Positions 8,735 through 18,100 of a stretch of 64,000 nucleotides of DNA are shown one piece after another. The notes beneath the pieces were generated by a model that worked only from the letters and a program-made list of their open reading frames with translations, made no database searches and was not told the DNA's origin. The stretch covers positions 20,983 to 84,982 of the forward strand of contig JAZQQO010000034.1 of NCBI GenBank assembly GCA_045629085.1, read 5' to 3'. The position numbers were made by a program, and so were the translations under genes. The DNA is from Bacteroidaceae bacterium (GTDB taxonomy: Bacteria; Bacteroidota; Bacteroidia; Bacteroidales; Bacteroidaceae). Numbering within the stretch: the first letter of the stretch is position 1; every line of letters starts with the position of its first letter.

Positions 8735-8792
8735 TTTTATTCGCGTACCAATAATACACTCGTTAATACCGCTTCCTAATTAACCTTTTTTA

Positions 8793-8800
8793 TACTTTTG
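8793..8800 (+). promoter_or_regulatory. Candidate -7 promoter box (TACTTTTG) for the giant-protein operon
   Basis: Matches TAnnTTTG, 32 nt upstream of the ATG at 8832. Confidence 0.5.
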
Positions 8801-8831
8801 CATATTGCAAATAAAAAAATCACAATAAAGT

Positions 8832-11800
8832 ATGAGAAAGATGAAAAGAAGTGTTTTATCATTGCACCACATCAGGCGGCTCGGCTTGCTGCTACTGATG
8901 CTGGTGGGAGTCGGAGGCGTGGTGCACGCCCAAGACATGGTAACGTTGACGAGCAACTATGCCGCCAACAACGTACCTCTAGAGAATGGCATCATCTACA
9001 CCATTACGCAGAATGTAACGATTTCTGCCGTAGATTGTCATTCGGCAATGAAAGTTGCCGATGGGGCAACGGCAACCATCTACATCCCCCGAGGCCTTAC
9101 GCTGACAGTGAATGGCAGCAACGGCAACGGACGCATCAGCGGTGGTGCGGGCATCACCGTTCCCAGCAGTTCCACCCTCATCATCACGGGTGAAGGTACA
9201 CTCAACGTGCGCGGTGGCAATGCCGGTGCCGGTGGTGCCGGTAGCAATGGTGGTGATGGTTGGCTGAACCAGAGAACAGAACATGGAGCCGGTGGCCAGG
9301 GTGGCCAGGGCGGTTATGGTGGTGGTGGCGCCGGTGCTGCCATCGGCGGTTATGGCGGTAACGGCCATGCTGCACAGAACGGACCTGGCGGAACCGAAAA
9401 ATATTGCGGTATCAACAAATATGACCACACAGGAAATAATGGTTATGCCAGCGTAAGAGGCGATAACGGCTACAGCATGGGTAAGGTATACGTCATGGGT
9501 AGCGTCACCATCAATGCCACAGGTGGCCAGCCTAGCTACACTACAGCAGGTGCTGGCAACTGGGGTAGAAGCGTCAACGACAAGGGCTCGGGCTGGACAT
9601 ACTACTACACCAGCGGAGCCGGAGGTCCTGGCGGTGGTGGCGGCTCGGGCTATGGTGTGACCTACGACGTGGGCGGTGGTGCCCCTGGTGCACAGTGCGG
9701 TGGTACTGGTGCTTCGGGCGGTACATGGTCCCAGTCAGGTTCGTGGGCATACAACGTAGGCCGTTCGGGTGCCGGTGGCAAGGGCCACTACAATGGTGCA
9801 CAAAACCCCAACACCCCTAGCAGCAGAGGCGGTGCTGCAGGTGGAGCTCAGTCGGGCGACGAGGCCAGCAGTGGCGGGCACGGCAACCTCTATTCGCTTG
9901 GTACACGCAACGTAGGCAACCGTACAGCCGAGGCACACGATGAGGCATGGATGGGAAGGGCACTACCCAAGTACCTGTATATCACCTTGCAGTTTGACAA
10001 CGGAAACGAGACCAGCGACCGTATCGAGAACATGAATGTGCTGTATGGTGTGGACATGAAGCAGATCAAGGCTCCCCGCCGCACCGGTTATCACTTCCTG
10101 GGTTACTACGACCAGAAAGCAGGAGGCAGACAGATATACGACTCAAACGGCAATCCCACCAGCGTATCACTCTTCACCGAGAATACCACAATCTACGCTC
10201 AGTGGACATCTTCGTGCGCACAGAACACCACAACCAAGAAGATGTACACGGAAACCGTGGAAGAGGCCATCAACGAAGCTAATATCGGCGATTGCATCTA
10301 CCTTTACGCCGACCAGACTGAAGTTCACTTGGACAAGGCCATCACCCTCGACCTGGGTGGCAAGACGATCGAGAACCTCTACGTGGGACAGATTGCCAAC
10401 GGAACGGCCTACGTGACCAACGGAACCGTACGGACAATGCTCGGTTCGCCTGAGCACGACGTGCTGTACAAGGGTCGCATCGAACTTGATGAGATTACCG
10501 TAGACAACCTCTATGCCGATGGTCACACGGTCATCATCAACAGCGGTCACTACGGCAAGGTATGCAACCAGGCGCTCAATTCGGCCAATGACCTATCGTC
10601 CATCACCATCAAGGGTGAGGACACATACGTAGAAAGCATCAACAGCGACGAGAATATGGCATCGGGCAGCGTGCTGGTAGTGGGTGGATGGTACACCAGC
10701 GACCCCACATCGGCCCAGAACAACGTGACCATACCCGGTTACGCCATATTGGCAAAGACCAACGCACCCATCGGCGAATACATCTACAACGTAGCCCTTC
10801 GCAACGACTTCACCAATGCTGTACACCTGCAAGGCAACTACATCGACACCAAGGTGAAGGCAACAAACGGCACCGCAATAGACTGTGCCTTCATGCTGCA
10901 CAATATGCCCAAGAATACCTACGTACCCATCTTCGGCAGCACGGACGCAACTCCCGATGAGGCCCACAAGGGCTTCGGTTTGTACGTCAACACCTACGAC
11001 CGCAGCTTTGTCTTTGCAGTCGGAACGGAGTTCGTGTCTTCACCCGGCAATATCGTGGAAGTAGGCCAGAACTACTACGTCAGTCTGAAGAACGGCGAGA
11101 TACGCATCGACACGGTGCAGAACGCCGCCCGCGACTACTACCACCAGAACGTGGCGATGTACCAGTATCGTGAGAACGGACAGAACATCACCATCGGTCG
11201 TGTCAACGGCAGCAAACACGACCAGTGCGACATGACCCTGTACCATTTCTATATAAGTAAGGATGAGAGCAGCGTGCTGAGACTCGAACCCGCGTTCGGT
11301 ATGCAGAATACGGCTACCGACATCTGCCTCTATGACGAACTCACTGGCGCTACCTATTACGACGTGGAAGGCCATCAGCTCGAGGGTGAGGTGGGTATCT
11401 GCAACCACCATCCCGCCTATCGCATAGGTGCCGGCATCGTGGGCAAGCGCATCTGCGTCATCTGCGGTCAGCAGGAAGAGCCCGAGCACTTCCTGGAGTA
11501 CAACGGTGTGATAGCCTCGAACTTCAACTTCAACGACCTCACCTCGGCATCGCGCTATCGCGTACACTATGCCGACAGCGAGGCTCCCTACCTGGAGCGC
11601 ACCGTCACCACGAATTCGCTCATGGACCTGAGAAACATCAAGATCTTCTCTGTCGAGGTCTTCGAGGGTACACAGGTGAAGCACCAACTCGTTCCCACCA
11701 CCTCGTGCGACAAGTACTTCCTCTGCGACGAAATCACTGGTAAGTATTACGCTGTAAACGAGAACACCAACGCCAACTTCGACAAAGTCGACACCCACAT

Positions 11801-14800
11801 AATGGAGGAGACCGACTTGGGCGACGACATGGTGATGAAGGTATGCCACGGATGCGGTGTCGGCAACGGCGTCAGCATGAACGGTCTCATGACCTTCGAC
11901 ACGGGCATGAAGATAGATGACGACACAAAGATCATCATGCGATTCAAGGCTGACAAGGGAGTGAAGGCAGATGGAAATCTCTTTGGAACGAAGGATGGAG
12001 GACAGTCAGCTTCAGGCCTTCATCAGATAATCGTCTATTGTGGTTCCGTTGATACGGGGCGTAACACCATGAAGCTAGCTGCGTGGTCGAGCGGAAATGT
12101 AAATAGAACGTTAAACCAGGAAATAAAGATAGATGAGCCATACGTCATTGTTGTACAACACGGCGACAAACTCGATTACAGCGTCAAGGGCGATACCATT
12201 TTCATCACAGAGACCCAAAGTATCGAGGCATATAATGAGACGCTGTGGTTCGGTTGTCATTGTGCAGACAACACTTCCAGATTCTTCGGAAATTTCACCA
12301 TCTACGACTGTAAGATATACAAGAACGACAAGCAGGTGGCACATTTCGTTCCCTCAATCTACGAGAACGACCTCTCGTTCTACGACATCAATTCGGGCAA
12401 TATACACAAGGCCAACTGGAAGACGGCTCCCAGCTCCGACCGTACGTTCATCCAGCCCTGTACGGAGCACGTTCACCTGACTTCCACTCCGAGCGAGGAG
12501 AATGGCGAGTATTACCGTACTTGCTACATCTGCAACGAGACGATGAAGGATGGACGCAGCTTCATCCGCACCAACAACACGTCGTGGGTCAACACGCTGT
12601 ACAAACCCACTGGTCATACTATGGTGCACCTGAACTTTAGCATACAGGGTCCAAATGCGGGCGGAAACATCATGGGAAGCTGGAGTCCTAACGACATGTA
12701 TTGGGTTCATTATGACGCGGACTATATTTATACTGATTTCATGACCCCACGAAGCATTATCGGCTGGCACTTCAATGAATACATTTCAGCAAAACTATCA
12801 GCCATGTCGACAGAATACTTCAAGAAACCGAATGCTACCACACCCTATTACAGTAATTATACGGGACCAAGTGTTCCAACCTACTCAGACCTGATTCCTC
12901 CAATCTTCATAGGATCTTGTGCTGATTCAGACGGCAAAAACATATCTGCTTGGGGAAACAGCAATATAAACATCTACAACTTCGACATCTACGAGGGCGA
13001 CTCGCTCGTACGCAGCTTCATCCCCACCAGCCAAGGCGGCAAGCTGGGCTTCTACGAGAGTTTCGAGAACAAGTTCTACCCCATGCAGGGTGAAGGCGCT
13101 ACGGGCATCATCCAGCCTTGCAGCAACCACCTCTTCTGCGACTACGTCATGGACGACGAGACAGGCAAACTGGTGAGCCATTGCCGTATCTGCAATGCCA
13201 AGAGCGAGTTGGAGGACGATGCCTTCGTCACCAATAATGGTGGTGCATACTTCGACCTCGGTCTGACAGCCACCGAGCACACACACATCGAGGCTACCAC
13301 GAGACTGAACAAGGCCGAGACGAGCAAGCGCATTGAATGGCCCGTGACGGCAGAGCCCGGACAGCCCATCACCGTGGGTACAGGCTTCGACCTGGACGGT
13401 CTGCCACTGAACATTAATATATATAATGTATACGTGTTCGAGGGTGAGGACGAACTGACGCACCTCTTCCTCCCCAGCCTCTGGAACGGCAAGACTGCCC
13501 TCTACGACGTGAAGACCGACACCCACGTCTATGCCAGCAGCCCAACAGCTGCCTCGTCATACGTGCCTGAGTGCGACTATCACCGTTACTTCCAGCTCGA
13601 GACCTCGTCCGATAAGAACGGCCTCCACATCTTCCGTCATTGCAAACTGTGCGATGCAGTGACACAGCTCAACGGTATCGTGGTGGAGAACGAGGATTCG
13701 CTGCGCAAGTTCGTATACGCCGACAACGGCCTCATGCTCCACCTCGACCTGGTGAGCGAGACCTACGAGCAGTCGTATGTCGGCACGCAATATCCCAAGC
13801 TTACCAACCAGGACATCGTATGCGGCATAGCCGTGATGAAGGAAGGTCAGCTGCAGGAGTACTACCTGCCCGCCGTACGCAAGGACGGCAAGGGCGGCAT
13901 CACCTCGGGGATGTACAATGCCGTAAAGAACAGGTTCGTGGCAATACCCGGTTCTACGGTAGCCATCAACGGCTGTGCTCACACCTATGCAGCCAACGAC
14001 TTTGTGAGCGGCAATATCCTCTCGCACTGCTACCTCTGCGACGAGACCTTCGGCGATGCCAAGGGCTATTACATAGACCTGACATACGACGCCAATGGCG
14101 GTAAGGGCGAGATGGGCAAGCAGCGCATCACGACGCTCGACGACGAGGCCGACCGTGCATTGCGCAACAACGGCTTCACATACGGCGCTCACTACTTCGG
14201 TGGATGGGAGATGCGCAAAGGCAAGAACGTAACACTGTTGCAACCTGGCCAGCTCATCGACATCAAGGCTAACAAGAGCGACAACATGGTGCTCTATGCA
14301 CACTGGAACGACGGCTTCATCTGCAATGGCGACACGCTGGAGGTGAACAGCACCAACACAGCAGACATCCGCATCGTGGATGACGGCGAGCATGGCTTCG
14401 AGGCAACAGGCGCCTTCAAGGCTGCCCAGATCAGCTACGAGCGTCCCCTCGACGGTTCGAAGCAGACATGGGGTACTCTCTGCCTGCCCTTCGAGCTCAG
14501 CAGCAGCGACGAGATACAGCTATACAACGTAGCAGGTATCGTCCAGATAAAGAATCTTGGCAAGAATGTCACCGGCCTTCGCCTTTCGCCCACCGACAAG
14601 GTGGATGCGGGCATGCCTTGCATCTTCGAGATCACCAAGCCCGGCGCCAGCACGCTGACACTGGGTGCCAGCAACGTAAGCGTCAAGCCCAACGTGCAGA
14701 TAAACAACAGCACCGATGCCGCATTGGAGCAGATCATGCTGAAGGGAAGCTATGAATACCTCACATTCCCCTGCGACCGAGACAACACCTATTTCGCCAT

Positions 14801-15080
14801 CCAAGGCGATGCCTTCTACAGCGTAGGCAAGGGCAGAGCACTGACCGTACGTCCCTACCACGCCTATCTGGAGGTACCTCAGCAGGCAGCAAATGCACGT
14901 GAGCAAATCTTGATCTGGAAGTCAGACGAGGAAGCCACCAGCATCCAGACCATCGACACCGAGAAGGAAGAGGGCAAGTGGTACACCATCGACGGAAAGG
15001 CTGTCAGCAAGCCTCAGCGCGGTAGTGTATACATCCTCAAGTACAAGAATGGCAAGTCTGAGAAGATTCTTATCCGATAA
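8832..15080 (+). CDS. Giant secreted protein (2082 aa) with a probable T9SS C-terminal sorting tail
   Basis: Uninterrupted ORF with a signal peptide (LLLLMLVGVGGVVHAQ). It contains:
- a glycine-dominated segment at aa ~96-350;
- two Listeria-Bacteroides (Flg_new-type) repeats, at aa ~379-459 (...GYHFLGYYD...TIYAQWT) and aa ~1746-1826 (...HYFGGWE...VLYAHWN);
- six tandem modules, five ending in C-x(1-2)-H-x(14-19)-C-x2-C and one in a variant lacking the first Cys.

The tail is KWYTIDGKAVSKPQRGSVYILKYKNGKSEKILIR. Confidence 0.85.
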   Translation: MRKMKRSVLSLHHIRRLGLLLLMLVGVGGVVHAQDMVTLTSNYAANNVPLENGIIYTITQNVTISAVDCHSAMKVADGATATIYIPRGLTLTVNGSNGNGRISGGAGITVPSSSTLIITGEGTLNVRGGNAGAGGAGSNGGDGWLNQRTEHGAGGQGGQGGYGGGGAGAAIGGYGGNGHAAQNGPGGTEKYCGINKYDHTGNNGYASVRGDNGYSMGKVYVMGSVTINATGGQPSYTTAGAGNWGRSVNDKGSGWTYYYTSGAGGPGGGGGSGYGVTYDVGGGAPGAQCGGTGASGGTWSQSGSWAYNVGRSGAGGKGHYNGAQNPNTPSSRGGAAGGAQSGDEASSGGHGNLYSLGTRNVGNRTAEAHDEAWMGRALPKYLYITLQFDNGNETSDRIENMNVLYGVDMKQIKAPRRTGYHFLGYYDQKAGGRQIYDSNGNPTSVSLFTENTTIYAQWTSSCAQNTTTKKMYTETVEEAINEANIGDCIYLYADQTEVHLDKAITLDLGGKTIENLYVGQIANGTAYVTNGTVRTMLGSPEHDVLYKGRIELDEITVDNLYADGHTVIINSGHYGKVCNQALNSANDLSSITIKGEDTYVESINSDENMASGSVLVVGGWYTSDPTSAQNNVTIPGYAILAKTNAPIGEYIYNVALRNDFTNAVHLQGNYIDTKVKATNGTAIDCAFMLHNMPKNTYVPIFGSTDATPDEAHKGFGLYVNTYDRSFVFAVGTEFVSSPGNIVEVGQNYYVSLKNGEIRIDTVQNAARDYYHQNVAMYQYRENGQNITIGRVNGSKHDQCDMTLYHFYISKDESSVLRLEPAFGMQNTATDICLYDELTGATYYDVEGHQLEGEVGICNHHPAYRIGAGIVGKRICVICGQQEEPEHFLEYNGVIASNFNFNDLTSASRYRVHYADSEAPYLERTVTTNSLMDLRNIKIFSVEVFEGTQVKHQLVPTTSCDKYFLCDEITGKYYAVNENTNANFDKVDTHIMEETDLGDDMVMKVCHGCGVGNGVSMNGLMTFDTGMKIDDDTKIIMRFKADKGVKADGNLFGTKDGGQSASGLHQIIVYCGSVDTGRNTMKLAAWSSGNVNRTLNQEIKIDEPYVIVVQHGDKLDYSVKGDTIFITETQSIEAYNETLWFGCHCADNTSRFFGNFTIYDCKIYKNDKQVAHFVPSIYENDLSFYDINSGNIHKANWKTAPSSDRTFIQPCTEHVHLTSTPSEENGEYYRTCYICNETMKDGRSFIRTNNTSWVNTLYKPTGHTMVHLNFSIQGPNAGGNIMGSWSPNDMYWVHYDADYIYTDFMTPRSIIGWHFNEYISAKLSAMSTEYFKKPNATTPYYSNYTGPSVPTYSDLIPPIFIGSCADSDGKNISAWGNSNINIYNFDIYEGDSLVRSFIPTSQGGKLGFYESFENKFYPMQGEGATGIIQPCSNHLFCDYVMDDETGKLVSHCRICNAKSELEDDAFVTNNGGAYFDLGLTATEHTHIEATTRLNKAETSKRIEWPVTAEPGQPITVGTGFDLDGLPLNINIYNVYVFEGEDELTHLFLPSLWNGKTALYDVKTDTHVYASSPTAASSYVPECDYHRYFQLETSSDKNGLHIFRHCKLCDAVTQLNGIVVENEDSLRKFVYADNGLMLHLDLVSETYEQSYVGTQYPKLTNQDIVCGIAVMKEGQLQEYYLPAVRKDGKGGITSGMYNAVKNRFVAIPGSTVAINGCAHTYAANDFVSGNILSHCYLCDETFGDAKGYYIDLTYDANGGKGEMGKQRITTLDDEADRALRNNGFTYGAHYFGGWEMRKGKNVTLLQPGQLIDIKANKSDNMVLYAHWNDGFICNGDTLEVNSTNTADIRIVDDGEHGFEATGAFKAAQISYERPLDGSKQTWGTLCLPFELSSSDEIQLYNVAGIVQIKNLGKNVTGLRLSPTDKVDAGMPCIFEITKPGASTLTLGASNVSVKPNVQINNSTDAALEQIMLKGSYEYLTFPCDRDNTYFAIQGDAFYSVGKGRALTVRPYHAYLEVPQQAANAREQILIWKSDEEATSIQTIDTEKEEGKWYTIDGKAVSKPQRGSVYILKYKNGKSEKILIR

Positions 15081-15103
15081 TACACCTTATATAAATATAT
15101 AGT

Positions 15104-18100
15104 ATGAAGAAATTATTTATATACTTCCTGCTGCTGTTCGTGCAGCTGCAGGCACAGGCGCAGACGACGTGCTATCACAAACACGTGACGTGCACGGAGT
15201 CGAACGACTACACTTTGCAGTTCAAGTGCGACGACTGCAAGGAAGACATCATCCTGAAAGATTGGGCAACGGCCAAGGACAATCCCGTCACATTGGTCGA
15301 CCCCATCATCAATGTCAACTCCGACCTTCACGAGATAGGTCAGGAGATGCTGATTGCGTCCTCGACTGGACAGTTCCACGAGGTTGTCATCATTGACGAG
15401 GAGACAGGCAAACTGCTTAGTTTCCAGAAGCACTACGAAAAGCCGACGGCTGCCGTGCAGATAGACCTGCCTTGGAGTCCCAAGGCGGTGAAGGCGGTAA
15501 TGCTGTCGTATGTAGAGGTGACCACGGTCAACGGACTGGACGCCACAAGTGAAAAGGTGTGGGTGGCCAACCACTTCACATACAAACCCTTCCACAGCGT
15601 AGCATCACTCAGCGTGGAGGAAGTCATCAATGCCGACGCAGCGGGTCTGGCCCATCCCTTCAACCGAGTAAAGTTCATTGTTCAGAACCCCGACGACGAG
15701 GATATCGTGAACGATGACATGTTCATCGTTTACCGTTCGAAATACCCCGACTTCCATGAGGCGTACAAGATTGAGTCTTTCAGTATGGGCGAATACGGAA
15801 GTAGCGAGACGATTGACGGTGTGAAGTTTGGCATCTTCACGGTGGATGACAAGGACGAGGCAGCGCGTTACAACACGCTGTACCACGATATGGACTCGGT
15901 AGCCAACAGTCAGGGAAGCCATCCTGATGCGTACGCCAATGTCGACCTGAGTTCTATCAACAAGGTTATCCTAGATGGTTTCTACACCCATCCCTCACAG
16001 CCCATCTACTACTGTGTGACCCGTGCTTTGGTACAGTCGTTATGGCCAGAACACAGAGGTACCTTCACCGTTATGGACTCAGTGGACGTGAATTCGCAAT
16101 TGCCTTCAGTATCGAAGGTGGAAATCATACAAGACCAAAACTGGACGAAGAACAAACGCTCGAAAATCCACATCACGCTGGACAACCCTCTGCCCTGGGA
16201 ATATAACAATCTGCAGGACAAGGAGCTTGTGAAGCAGGCTCTCGAGAGCAAGGGACTGAACGGCCGTCGCTACCATTGGGACAAGGATGCATCGATACTG
16301 GTACGCCGCTTCTCGCCTGAAAGCGAGTGGGACAACGGCGAAGACCCTGCCGCTGCCACCTTCACCATCTCGGGCGACCAGGTGACATGGAATGCCGAGA
16401 AGGGCTGCTACGAGGTGGAGTTGGAAGACATTCAAGCACTGCCCTACCTGCACTACTATTATCGTGCAGCGGTAAGTCGCTACCGTTCCAAGTACCCCCT
16501 TTCGAACAACAACGTGGCTGCCACCTCGTCGGAGGAGGATGCCAACCGTTGCTACAGCGAGGCTGCCGCACTGATTACCTCGTTCACTGCTACGAAAGAG
16601 GCTTATCCCGGAGCTGTATTGCTGAAATGGCAGTTAGGCATCGGCCAGACTGACAAGTTGCAACTGCTTCGCCGCGAATACAGCGCCAAGGGTGACAAAG
16701 AATGGGATGTAGTGGAAGGCTTCGACCCCAACGAGAAGGCATTCAAGGACAACACAGCCTCTTCGGGTCATGTCTACGAGTACCAGTTGCTGACCAGTTG
16801 CAGTTACCGCAACATCCTGCTGACAGACTCGTGCAAGGTACTGGGATGGGGCAGCTTCCGCACCAGCATCAGCGGTCACCTCACCATGCCCAACGGCACT
16901 GGTGTGGCAGGCCAGATGGTCAAGCTCGTACGTCAGACTCCCATCTACATCAGTGACGTGAAGGACGAGCAGGGCAATGTCATCATGCCTGGTTACCACG
17001 ATGGTGTCATAGCCCACGCTCCAAGAAAAAAGGCCAAGGAGAAGGATGAAATCACTGAACCCTACACAGTACTTCATACCGATTCCGTAATGACGGATGC
17101 CTCGGGACGTTATACCTTCGAGAACGTACTCTACACATGCACCAAGGATGCCGCAGGCAATGAGCAGGGCACTGACTACCTCATCATTCTGCCAGGCATA
17201 TACAACTACGGAAGCATGCCTGTCAATGAGCTGAAGGTCAACCTGAATTCAGAGAACACTGCCATCAGCGACACACGCTTCATCATGACCGACGTGGCAA
17301 CCTTCTCTGGTCGCGTGCTGTTCTCTCAGTCAACCGTTCCCGTGCGTGATGCCTTCTTCATCCTCAATGACAAAGACACGCTGTGCAATGCCGCTGGCGA
17401 GCGCATCATGACCGATGCCAATGGTAAGTTCACACTGACCGTACCCGCAGGCCGCAAGATCACACTGCGCGTAGCGAAGGAAGGTCACGAGTTCGACGAG
17501 GGCGGTTACGTACTGCTCGACGGCAAGAAGGAGATCACTCCCACCGTGGCCGACTCGCCCTACGAGATTCGCCAGATCAACGACAACACACGCGTTCGCC
17601 TCGTTGGTCGTCTGGCTGGTGGTAACGTACAGGCCAACAAGCAGCTAGGATTCGGTATGAGTAAGAACAACCTGGGAGACGATGCAACCATCGTACTGCA
17701 ACTGGACGGTGACAACACTTCATGGCTTGTCTACAAGCAAGACAAGCCCGACGATACGACCATCAAGCAGACCATCCAGCATCCCTTCACAGGCCTCTAT
17801 CCCGGCAAGGAACTCAAGACCGAGGTGACACACGAGAAGAAGCGCATCGTCATCAATCCCGACCCGATGAGTGGCGAGTTCTTCGTCGACCTCATCCCAG
17901 CCACCTACAAGGTGAGCCAGCTCAGCACCAAGGGATATGCTACACTCTACAGCAAGGGCGAAGGTCTGGACATCATCGATCTGGAGAAGAACATCGAGGA
18001 TAAGACCATGGTGGCAGAGACCGACCCCAAGATGACTTTCAACTACAATGCCACCTACGTGCGCAACTACCATAAGCCTGCTACCGTCACATACCAGCAG

